Below, piece after piece: positions 56,617-64,000 of a stretch of DNA of 64,000 bases (the stretch's first letter is position 1; the number at the start of each line of letters is the position of its first letter). Below the pieces are notes generated by a model. The model was not told where the DNA came from. It saw only the letters and a list, made by a program, of their open reading frames with translations, and did no database searches. Origin of the DNA: Anaerolineae bacterium. GTDB taxonomy: Bacteria; Chloroflexota; Anaerolineae; UBA1429. Location of the stretch: the NCBI GenBank assembly GCA_963675785.1, contig OY776562.1:2920934-2984933 (forward strand), given 5' to 3'. A program made the translations under genes and the position numbers.

Positions 56617-57711
56617 TCAGAGTGTTTTGAGCTGAGCAACGCCGTATTGAGCGCTCAGTTTGTTCATAATGTTCATTACATCTTCACTGAGTGGTATGCC
56701 TTTTTGACGGTTCTCAGCTGCCCTGCGTTGCTCAGGCTCGCCAGGAATGAGGATTTCCTCGACATCTGGCTCTAGGGGTGTGGCTTTGATGCGGCGAATG
56801 ACCTCATCGATGCGTTCTCTAAAGGCATCGATAGGCATAAAGCGGCTCACGTCCAGGGCTCCGACAAAATGCCCCAGACTCTGCGGCTTGGCCAGGTTAG
56901 AGAACAAACCACCAATGTCACTGGTCATCATGGCGCCGGTCAACACAGAGCTAAAAACCTCGGCAATGAGACCCAGTCCATAGCCCTTGTAACCACCGAG
57001 GGGCAACAGATAGCCATTGCTTCCAGCTTGTGCGTCCGTCGTCGGTTGGCCGTCTTTGGTTACAGCCCAGCCCAAAGGGATATCGTGTCCTTCCAGAGCG
57101 GCCAATTGCACTTTGCCGCGAGCTACTACACTGGTGGCCATATCTAGCATGATGCCGCTCGTTTCTCCGCCGGGCACCCCAATGCAAAGCGGGTTGGTGC
57201 CCAATGCGGGCGCAATGCCACCGGTTGGCAGCACCATAGGCACGGCCGCTGTGGTGGCAAAGCCGATCATCCCCTTGGCTACAGCCCGCTGCGCAAAGAA
57301 AAAGGCGGCGCCAAAATGGGCGCTGTTGCGTACGCCCACCATGCCGCAACCGTTTTGGCCAGCCATATCGATGGCCATGTCCATGGCCGTTATACCCACA
57401 AAAGCACCGGGCGAATCGTCGGCATCAATGAGCGCTGTGGTGTTCGATTGGGCCAGTACCACGGGATGAGGGTCACCGTTCATGCCCCCATGTTCAATGC
57501 GTTGGCAATAGTTCTGCAAGAGACGAGAAACACCGTGACTGCCCAAGCCGTGTAATTCACCCTGGACTAGGCTTTCAGTGACCGATACGGCTACATCACG
57601 CCGCATCCCGGCCTTGGTCAGAACTGCCAGTGTAAAACGATCCAGTTCGTCTGCCGCAATGCGTACATAGTCGGTCATATCTTGTCTCCGTTCTCGTTGC
57701 CAATATTCCAT
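56617..57711 (-). CDS. Ldh_2 family oxidoreductase (malate/L-lactate/sulfolactate dehydrogenase type 2)
   Basis: 364 aa with the pattern G..SHG..r...Y...i and NSxHFG (RNSAHFGAA). Confidence 0.75.
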   Translation of the reverse strand: MEYWQRERRQDMTDYVRIAADELDRFTLAVLTKAGMRRDVAVSVTESLVQGELHGLGSHGVSRLLQNYCQRIEHGGMNGDPHPVVLAQSNTTALIDADDSPGAFVGITAMDMAIDMAGQNGCGMVGVRNSAHFGAAFFFAQRAVAKGMIGFATTAAVPMVLPTGGIAPALGTNPLCIGVPGGETSGIMLDMATSVVARGKVQLAALEGHDIPLGWAVTKDGQPTTDAQAGSNGYLLPLGGYKGYGLGLIAEVFSSVLTGAMMTSDIGGLFSNLAKPQSLGHFVGALDVSRFMPIDAFRERIDEVIRRIKATPLEPDVEEILIPGEPEQRRAAENRQKGIPLSEDVMNIMNKLSAQYGVAQLKTL

Positions 57712-57815
57712 GTGGGTATCATACCGAGTTGCCTCTCTCTGTCCACTTGTTTTTCGCGCTCTTACTTTGCGGCGGTATCGCTAACCCCGTACAATGACAA
57801 TACTTTATTGAAAGG

Positions 57816-60035
57816 ATGATCCCTTTGGATCTCTTTGCTCATGCTCGAAATGAACAGAATGAACATGAGGCCCCCTTGGCCGCACGGATGCGCCCTCGCA
57901 ACCTGGATGAGTTCATTGGCCAGGAGCACGTGGTGGGCCCTGGCCGCTTGCTGCGCCGCGCCATCCAGGCCGACCAGCTCTCGTCGCTGATCTTTTACGG
58001 GCCGCCAGGTACGGGAAAAACCACGTTGGCTATGGTAATTGCCAACACGACCAGTTCTCGCTTTGTAACGCTGAATGCTGTATTGGCTGGCGTGCAGGAT
58101 ATTCGCAAAGTGACAGCCGAGGCACGTGAAGACCGCGATCTCTATGGACGTCGCACCATCCTTTTTGTGGACGAGGTACACCGCTGGAACAAGGCCCAGC
58201 AGGACGCACTGCTGCCCTGGGTAGAGAACGGCACCATTGTCATGATTGGTGCGACGACGGAGAATCCCTGGTTTTCGGTGAATAAAGCGCTGTTGAGTCG
58301 CAGCCGTGTCTTTCAACTCGTGCCCCTCAGTGAGGGCGATTTACTCAAGATCGCCGAACAAGCTATTGCTGATGCCGAGCGCGGCTATGGCAAGTTGAAT
58401 GTCATCATCCAGCCGGATGCTATGGACCATCTGGTGAATGTGGCTAACGGTGATGCGCGCTCGCTACTCAATGCTTTGGAATTGGCTGTCGAGACCACCG
58501 ACCCTGATAACCAGGGGCGAACCATCATTAGTCTTGCTGTGGCTGAAGAATCTATTCAACGCCGCGCTGTGCTTTACGATCGTGAAGGCGATTATCACTT
58601 TGATACCATTAGTGCTTTTATCAAATCGATTCGCGGCTCTGATCCAGATGCGGCCCTCTATTGGCTTTCTAAAATGGTTTATGCTGGCGAAGACCCGCGT
58701 TTCATCTTTCGGCGGCTGCTCATTTCTGCCAGCGAGGATATCGGTTTGGCCGATCCACAGGCTTTGCGTGTGGTAGAGAGCGCTGCTGCCACCTTTGATC
58801 GTGTCGGATTGCCAGAGGGCCAGTTTCACTTGGCGGAGGCTACGCTCTACCTGGCCACTGCGCCCAAGTCCAATTCGACAATGGGCTATTTCGATGCTTT
58901 GGAGGTGGTTCGCACCGAACGTAGTTCGGATGTGCCAGCACATCTCAAGGATGCTAGTCGCGACAAAGAGGGTTTTGGCCACGGTGAGGGGTATTTGTAT
59001 CCCCATGCTTATCGTGATCACTGGGTAGCTCAGCAATATCTACCCTCCTCGCTGCAAGGGCGTCTGTTCTACGAGCCCGGCGATCAGGGCTATGAAAAGA
59101 GTATTCAGGTACAGGTTCAGCAACGCCGCGAGGCCCAATTGGCAGCAGTGGTGGATACCTCCGATGCCGCTGATGTGCTCACCTTTTCGCCGGTGAATGC
59201 GAACGAGAGCCACTGGCTGACGCGAGCCATCGGTTCTGTCGGTCAGGAATTGGCCAATCTTCGCGAGATCGTCTTTGGTCAGGAGCGCTGGGAACGCCAT
59301 TGGTTGGTTTTGGATCTCAACGCCGGTTCTGGTTTGCTTACCTGGGAAGCACTGCGCCGGGTGCCCGAAGGTGGTGTATGGGTTTTGGTGGACAATGAAT
59401 CGACGGCACAGGCACTCATCGAACAATCCCAACATCTTACCCAGTTGTCCCGACCGCAGGTGTGGGGGGGAGCAATCCCCGATGTGACTGAACATGCGGA
59501 TGTGCGTTTCGACCGCATCATAGGGCGAAATGCGCTAGGCTCACTTCAGGACAAGGCGAGCGCTTTGAAGGCGATTGCAGATATATTAGCTGCTGAAGGT
59601 GCGCTAAGCCTGGTAGAGGCCATTCCCTCGCGGGCACAACGTCTATCCGATCTGTTGAACACTTCCGCCTGGCCCCAGGGCCTTGCTGGCGCCTTTCGCG
59701 AACTGGAAGAAGAACTCTATAACGATCCCACCAGTCCTTTGACCAATTGGAAGGCAGATGATCTGGCCGCATTTGCTACGGAAGCGGGATTGCGCCTGGT
59801 TCAAGTGACCACTGTACCTCTTGAACGTCAGGTGCTCATCAATGCCAAAACAATTGAGGGCTGGTTTGGCGAGGGAAGCAAAAAGGGAGCTCCGTCTTTG
59901 GGACAGCGCCTTAGGAGCACCTTGAGCGACGATCAGGTGGGTACTATTGAATTGGCTTGCCGAACTCAGCTTGTTGGTGATCCTGTGCCCTGGCATGCCG
60001 AATATGTCCATCTCCAGGCTGCGCGGGGCCGCTAG
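57816..60035 (+). CDS. rarA: Replication-associated recombination protein A (RarA/MgsA AAA+ ATPase) fused to a C-terminal class I SAM-methyltransferase-like domain
   Basis: The N-terminal ~425 aa have [32 protein letters not shown] and the MgsA_C pattern. The C-terminal ~300 aa have [12 protein letters not shown] (motif I-like) and [10 protein letters not shown]. Confidence 0.8.
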   Translation: MIPLDLFAHARNEQNEHEAPLAARMRPRNLDEFIGQEHVVGPGRLLRRAIQADQLSSLIFYGPPGTGKTTLAMVIANTTSSRFVTLNAVLAGVQDIRKVTAEAREDRDLYGRRTILFVDEVHRWNKAQQDALLPWVENGTIVMIGATTENPWFSVNKALLSRSRVFQLVPLSEGDLLKIAEQAIADAERGYGKLNVIIQPDAMDHLVNVANGDARSLLNALELAVETTDPDNQGRTIISLAVAEESIQRRAVLYDREGDYHFDTISAFIKSIRGSDPDAALYWLSKMVYAGEDPRFIFRRLLISASEDIGLADPQALRVVESAAATFDRVGLPEGQFHLAEATLYLATAPKSNSTMGYFDALEVVRTERSSDVPAHLKDASRDKEGFGHGEGYLYPHAYRDHWVAQQYLPSSLQGRLFYEPGDQGYEKSIQVQVQQRREAQLAAVVDTSDAADVLTFSPVNANESHWLTRAIGSVGQELANLREIVFGQERWERHWLVLDLNAGSGLLTWEALRRVPEGGVWVLVDNESTAQALIEQSQHLTQLSRPQVWGGAIPDVTEHADVRFDRIIGRNALGSLQDKASALKAIADILAAEGALSLVEAIPSRAQRLSDLLNTSAWPQGLAGAFRELEEELYNDPTSPLTNWKADDLAAFATEAGLRLVQVTTVPLERQVLINAKTIEGWFGEGSKKGAPSLGQRLRSTLSDDQVGTIELACRTQLVGDPVPWHAEYVHLQAARGR

Positions 60036-60038
60036 GAA

Positions 60039-60770
60039 TTATTCTGCTGTTCGCAGACCACCCCGCAAATAAATATGGCTAACAATGGCGTCGGTGCAGC
60101 CGGCCACATCGTTTAAGATGCTTTCAGGTCTAAAAATGAGAATATCCCACTCCTGAGGTTGCTCATTGGATGGATCTACGAGTTCGCAGAGAACACCCAC
60201 GCCGCCACTCGCGCAAGGAATCGCGAGATCAACCTGAATGGCGTGATTCTCCATGGAAATGGTATAGGGGGAGGCGCAGGGTACTTCGCGAATTTCCAAA
60301 GCTTTCTTGAGTCTGTCCACAGCGGTTTCGCGATCCCACAACTGGCCGATTTCGGTGCTGCTGTAGAGTAGAGATAGGCGTGTGGGGATAAAAGTGATGC
60401 GCCGCAGGTTTTCACTGATGATAGGGTGGGGCAGTTCTTCAAGCTTAGCCAGGTCAAAGCGATAGTATAGTTCGCCGGCGCGCGGGTGTGCGGCTTCTTC
60501 GGGCAATAATTCGCGGCGAGGCATCACGTGCACTTGCTGCACGTGGGCCATGTATCTGACAGAGTACTGCCAATCCTCAAAAATGTGAGGGTGATAAAAA
60601 GCTAAATAGGCCACATGAATTCTGCTTGGTGCACGTTTGACGGGGATGCGGTACCAATGTTCGGTTGTAATGTGCCCCCAATCTGTCACAGTAGGGACAA
60701 TAACCACCAAGGCGGCGGGGTCACTTTCGGCATATTCAATGCTTTCGATATCGGCTGGCTCATCCCACAT
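60039..60770 (-). CDS. Hypothetical protein, possible C-terminal DUF559/Vsr-like (PD-(D/E)xK) domain
   Basis: 243-aa ORF. The C-terminal IQVDLAIPCASGGVGVLCE...EWDILIFRPESILND resembles the YrVDF..P...laIE.DG...GW.VlRf pattern only loosely. Confidence 0.45.
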   Translation of the reverse strand: MWDEPADIESIEYAESDPAALVVIVPTVTDWGHITTEHWYRIPVKRAPSRIHVAYLAFYHPHIFEDWQYSVRYMAHVQQVHVMPRRELLPEEAAHPRAGELYYRFDLAKLEELPHPIISENLRRITFIPTRLSLLYSSTEIGQLWDRETAVDRLKKALEIREVPCASPYTISMENHAIQVDLAIPCASGGVGVLCELVDPSNEQPQEWDILIFRPESILNDVAGCTDAIVSHIYLRGGLRTAE

Positions 60771-60854
60771 GGCGCATCCTCATGTTGTTTTCGCCTAGTA
60801 TGCCAGAATAGCAAAACGGGTGCCAGTGTACTGGCACCCGTTTCTCTAATAGGA

Positions 60855-61937
60855 TCAGCCGCCGAAGATGCCGCCCAATGTAGACCAGAGGTGATCCCAC
60901 TGTGGTGTCGAAGCATCCGTGGGGAAGAGCAAATATCTGGGGATGAGATAGACTAGATACAGCCCCATGAGATAAAAGGCGTGTGCCTTTTTAAGCTTGC
61001 CCTTGGTGAACCAGAGAATCAGCCACAAAATGATGCCTGTGATGGTTTCCCAAGGAAGATCCCAGAGCACAAGAGGCTCGGGAACATAGTAAGTCGAGAT
61101 CAAAGCACCGCCACCGATGGCTACCAAAGGGTTGGTGATGTTGCTGCCAACCAATGTGCCCAGTGAGATACCATGGGCCTTTTTGCCAACGCCAGAAAGC
61201 GCTGTGGTGAGTTCGGGAAGTGCCGAAGCCAGACCCAACGTGACAACGCCGATAAGCGAACCACTAATGCCTGTCTGTACGACAACAGTCTCAGTTGCGT
61301 GAAGCACAACTTGGGCTGCACCAACCGTTATAGCCATGGCCAATAGCGAGATGAAAGAATACTCCCAGGCCTCTTTTTTGTTTGCAGGCGCCTCAGTATC
61401 GTCATCATCGGTCTCAGGTTGACCATCAAAGTGCTTGCGCTCATCCCAATAAAGGTACCAGGTGTAAAGGATGAACGTGCCAAACAAAATGAGACCATCA
61501 ATGCGGGAAAAATTTCTGTCCCAGCCAAGGATGATACACATAACCGTCGTGCCAATCATGGGGATCATGCTCTTCCAGAGGAAGTAACGCCGGAAGTACA
61601 ACGTGCCTGCCAAAAAGACAACAAGCCCCAGAATGACGGTCTGCTGTACCACATCTGAGCCAATGTTTGCGCCCAGGACAACGGAGGATAGAACTTCTCT
61701 GCGTGAGGGATCACCCAGAATGCCCACGGATGCTGTCAGGTGAGAAGTGATTTCTGGGATACTTGTGGCCAGTGATACAACGGTCATGCCCATAAATGTC
61801 GTTGATAAATTGAAATACTTTGCCAGACCAATGAGCTTGCCGACGGCCTTGTCAGCTGCAAGAACGAGCACAACAAGTGCACCCACGCCGATTAGTGATA
61901 CTACCCAGAGACTTTGTGACTGAAAAAACGCTGCCAT
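60855..61937 (-). CDS. Ca2+:cation (Na+/Ca2+) antiporter, CaCA family (YrbG-like)
   Basis: Two alpha-repeat regions (GMTVVSLATSIPE and GLASALPELTTA) and about 10 TM helices. The likely start is MAAFFQSQ at 61937. The ORF-track frame extends to 62060. Confidence 0.8.
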   Translation of the reverse strand: MAAFFQSQSLWVVSLIGVGALVVLVLAADKAVGKLIGLAKYFNLSTTFMGMTVVSLATSIPEITSHLTASVGILGDPSRREVLSSVVLGANIGSDVVQQTVILGLVVFLAGTLYFRRYFLWKSMIPMIGTTVMCIILGWDRNFSRIDGLILFGTFILYTWYLYWDERKHFDGQPETDDDDTEAPANKKEAWEYSFISLLAMAITVGAAQVVLHATETVVVQTGISGSLIGVVTLGLASALPELTTALSGVGKKAHGISLGTLVGSNITNPLVAIGGGALISTYYVPEPLVLWDLPWETITGIILWLILWFTKGKLKKAHAFYLMGLYLVYLIPRYLLFPTDASTPQWDHLWSTLGGIFGG

Positions 61938-62623
61938 TCCCCGACCATCCAAGCTAGTGAGTGGGCTCCGCGATACGTTTTTAGGTCTGTGTATGCGATA
62001 TGAGCAAACTCTGCCAATAATACGACATGGTATTCTACCAACCCCTAAAATAGCTGTCAAGCAGTGCTAAAATGCATGTTTGTGCAATGTGCCCTCTTGT
62101 TCTTAGGGTTTCAATTTCAGGGGATTTAGAGAGATTGTGCTACTTTTAACCGTGCCATTCGATTTAGTTCTAGGGTGAAAGGCCCCAGTGTTTTAGGAGC
62201 AAAGTCAGAGCTAGTGTTGAAACTTGAACTAGATTTAACGACTATTCTTTTACTATAATCACAAATAGAGTCTTTGGATGCAACTATTTGGTCAGGAGAC
62301 GTGGTTCGCGCCGTGGACTTTGGCATCGAGGCAGGTTAGGAGCAAGATAGTTTCTTTATAGTTAATTGAAATAACCACATCATTATTGACTGCAGTTCCT
62401 GATGGGGCGTGAGCATGCGCCGAGAGTCGTTTGTTTGGTGCTATGTGCACAAAGTTTTGAGCTACGGTGCCTGCTGCGAGGAAAGGCTCTTCTAGCAGAA
62501 CTGTAAAAGTGCGGCATCATTTGAGAACTGGCTAAGCAGCATCAAGAGATTTTTCAGAATAGCAGCTTCTAATCTGGATTGGTACGATAGCCGTGGAGAT
62601 GAATGCGTCACAAGGGCATGACC

Positions 62624-62662
62624 ACAAAATAAGAGGACATCCTACAGGGATGTCCTCTTATT
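62624..62662. terminator. Rho-independent terminator hairpin abutting the stop of the 62663 gene
   Basis: AAGAGGACATCC-tacag-GGATGTCCTCTT, a 12-bp perfect stem with T-rich flanks on both strands. Confidence 0.75.
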
Positions 62663-62992
62663 TTATGATTCTAGCGCTTTGCGTACAGCCTGAATAATTT
62701 GGAATCCATCAGCTGTGCCCACTGCTGCCAGTTGATTGTTTACAAAGGCGAGGGGATAAAATACGTATCCTCGCTCATGCTCTGTTTGCTTGATAAGCTG
62801 AGCATATTCTTGCGGAAGCTCACCATTGTCTATGTCAAAGTAGGTCAAGCTGACCTGGTCGCCGAACATACGCTCGAGTTGAAGCCGTGTGATCTCGCTA
62901 GTCTCCGCCGAAGACCTGCGCGGGCCTCAACCACCGCCGCAGAACTCGGCACCGGTCTGGCCGAGAATGAGCACCTTAACTTTTTCCGCCAT
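62663..62992 (-). CDS. Small thioredoxin-fold protein (YuzD/DUF1462-like) with in-frame TGA at codon 22: candidate selenoprotein (or a pseudogene)
   Basis: ATG 62992, 5 nt after GAGAGGG, opens MAEKVKVLILGQTGAEFCGGG. TGA (62929..62927) follows, and the same frame continues GPRRSSAETSEITRLQLERMFGDQ... into the ORF-track ORF 62663..62869. Confidence 0.5.
62896..62920 (-). promoter_or_regulatory. Hairpin 7 nt downstream of the in-frame UGA (possible bacterial SECIS)
   Basis: CGC-A-GGUCU / UCGGCGG loop / AGACU-A-GCG. An alternative fold is CCGCG/C(G)GCGG with apical loop CAGGUCUU. Confidence 0.3.
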
Positions 62993-63070
62993 GTATACCC
63001 TCTCATACCTTTATACCCAGGGTGGGTACGCAAAATATACCATTGATGGTCTCGTCAGTCAATCGGCCGG

Positions 63071-63099
63071 TTGACACCTGTACCCCTCAACCATATAAT
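63071..63099 (+). promoter_or_regulatory. Consensus sigma70 promoter upstream of the HAD hydrolase gene
   Basis: TTGACA (63071..63076), exactly 17 nt, TATAAT (63094..63099). Confidence 0.6.
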
Positions 63100-63189
63100 C
63101 CACACGAATTGTCTTCTGTGTGCAACCCCTGGCTATGAAACTGCGTCTTATCATTGTCTCAAATCCTGATTTAGGAGTTTGACTGAGCG

Positions 63190-63804
63190 ATGCCTATCAA
63201 GGCCTTTGTCTTTGACTGCGGAGGCGTGCTTTTTCGCGATGGTGACCTGACGCCCTATGACGTCTGGGCAGAGCGTGCTGGAATTACACCAGAGGCGTTA
63301 CGTCAGCTTTTATGGGCCAGTGATTTTTGGCGTCAGGCCGAGTGTGGCCAGATTACAGATGCACGTTACTGGGAATTGATTCTGCAAGAGCTGGGCCTCG
63401 ACGATGAGACTTCACCCCAGGATCTTAAGCAGGATCTTTGGACAACGTGGGAGCTTGATTCTGCCCTGATAGAAACGATTGACGAGCTCCGAAAGCACTA
63501 TTCCGTTTCAATGCTTAGCAATGCAACTGATGATCTGGAGTGCATTCTCGATACGTTTGGGGTTTCGGATCGTTTTGAGCATATCATCAATTCTGCACGG
63601 GTAGGCACTGCCAAACCCGATAAAGCGATTTTTGCCCACACGCTCGAACGAATTGGCTTTGAACCAGATCAAGTTGTATTTATTGACGACCGCGCTGAGA
63701 ATATCACTGCAGCTTCGGGTGTGGGGATGCATGTCATCTGGTATGTTGGTCTAAATGAACTGCGTCGCCGCCTCTCCTTGTTCGATCATAACCTCTCTTT
63801 TTAA
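63190..63804 (+). CDS. HAD-superfamily hydrolase (subfamily IA)
   Basis: Motif I FVFDCGGVL, motif II LSNAT and motif IV FIDDRAENI. Confidence 0.8.
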   Translation: MPIKAFVFDCGGVLFRDGDLTPYDVWAERAGITPEALRQLLWASDFWRQAECGQITDARYWELILQELGLDDETSPQDLKQDLWTTWELDSALIETIDELRKHYSVSMLSNATDDLECILDTFGVSDRFEHIINSARVGTAKPDKAIFAHTLERIGFEPDQVVFIDDRAENITAASGVGMHVIWYVGLNELRRRLSLFDHNLSF

Positions 63805-63892
63805 TTCTTCTTCGTCTGTCGCACGTCCTGCTCCTGGAACGTCTGTAACGACCGTTACGTCGTACATAGGTTGATACTCTGTGAGGTAGACC

Positions 63893-64000
63893 AATGCGCT
63901 TTACGCGTATTCTTTTTGTATTTCTCTGTATTCTGATATGTATAGCTCTTCTTGGGACTATTGGCATTCTAGGGGTATACGCTTATTTTGCGCGAACTTT
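63893..64000 (+). CDS. Partial CDS (N-terminus): probable class A penicillin-binding protein/transglycosylase; runs off the window end
   Basis: ATG 63893 after GAGG encodes MRFTRILFVFLCILICIALLGTIGILGVYAYFART. This is a TM anchor followed by the YAYFAR pattern common at PBP1A N-termini. Confidence 0.4.

Noticed and set aside
57762-58316. 184-aa minus-strand ORF overlapping the start of rarA.
   Set aside because: It is antisense to the conserved AAA+ Walker A/B region of RarA, and its product has no recognisable features.
62126-62326. 66-aa minus-strand ORF in the AT-richer island.
   Set aside because: It is Ser-rich and low-complexity, has no RBS, and its composition is unlike the surrounding genes. 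The region is reported as non-coding instead.
62927-62929. Global UGA reassignment (code 4 or 25) as an explanation for the in-frame TGA.
   Set aside because: TGA clearly terminates other well-conserved genes in the window, for example ruvB at 34018..34020 and the gene ending at 36701..36703.

Overview
This is a 64-kb stretch of ordinary bacterial chromosome with moderate GC content. Coding density is high, and I saw no rRNA, CRISPR array, transposase, integrase or phage genes. The gene content suggests a Chloroflexota-like organism, but that is a low-confidence inference. It rests on T-box leaders, several very large GT-C membrane glycosyltransferases with Pro/Thr-linker proteins, and Firmicute-like clpC-radA-yacL-cysS and ruvB-queA synteny.

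Recognisable housekeeping genes:
- Translation: four aminoacyl-tRNA synthetases (leuS, cysS, serS, ileS) and rpsA.
- Secretion, proteolysis and DNA repair or uptake: secG, clpC, radA, ruvB, comEC and a frameshifted mutY.
- tRNA and rRNA modification: queA, queH, mtaB and rlmB.
- Metabolism: aspA, hom and a SuhB-like phosphatase.
- RNA genes: tRNA-Leu(CAG) and a tandem tRNA-Ala(CGC)/tRNA-Ala(GGC) pair.

The ORF track misses several things:
- Two T-box riboswitch leaders. One lies upstream of serS. The other lies upstream of an alaX-like editing gene that is tightly coupled to ileS.
- A small thioredoxin-fold gene whose only full-length reading needs an in-frame UGA (C-x3-U), so it is a candidate selenoprotein.
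- A 1-nt homopolymer frameshift inside the Fe-S loop of mutY.
- A 50-codon membrane ORF.

The most system-like accessory region is 37.8-47.9 kb. It holds a GT4 enzyme, three different GT-C membrane glycosyltransferases that share a repeated C-terminal module, and a secreted Pro/Thr-linker protein. I read it as a candidate envelope or protein-glycosylation locus.

Other oddities:
- a RarA-methyltransferase fusion
- a serine-palmitoyltransferase-like enzyme
- QueH with an extra N-terminal domain
- a G9 tract at the ribosome-binding site of a DUF4097 gene
- a roughly 600-bp non-coding island that looks AT-richer than its surroundings

All family assignments come from motif recognition by eye. No searches were run.
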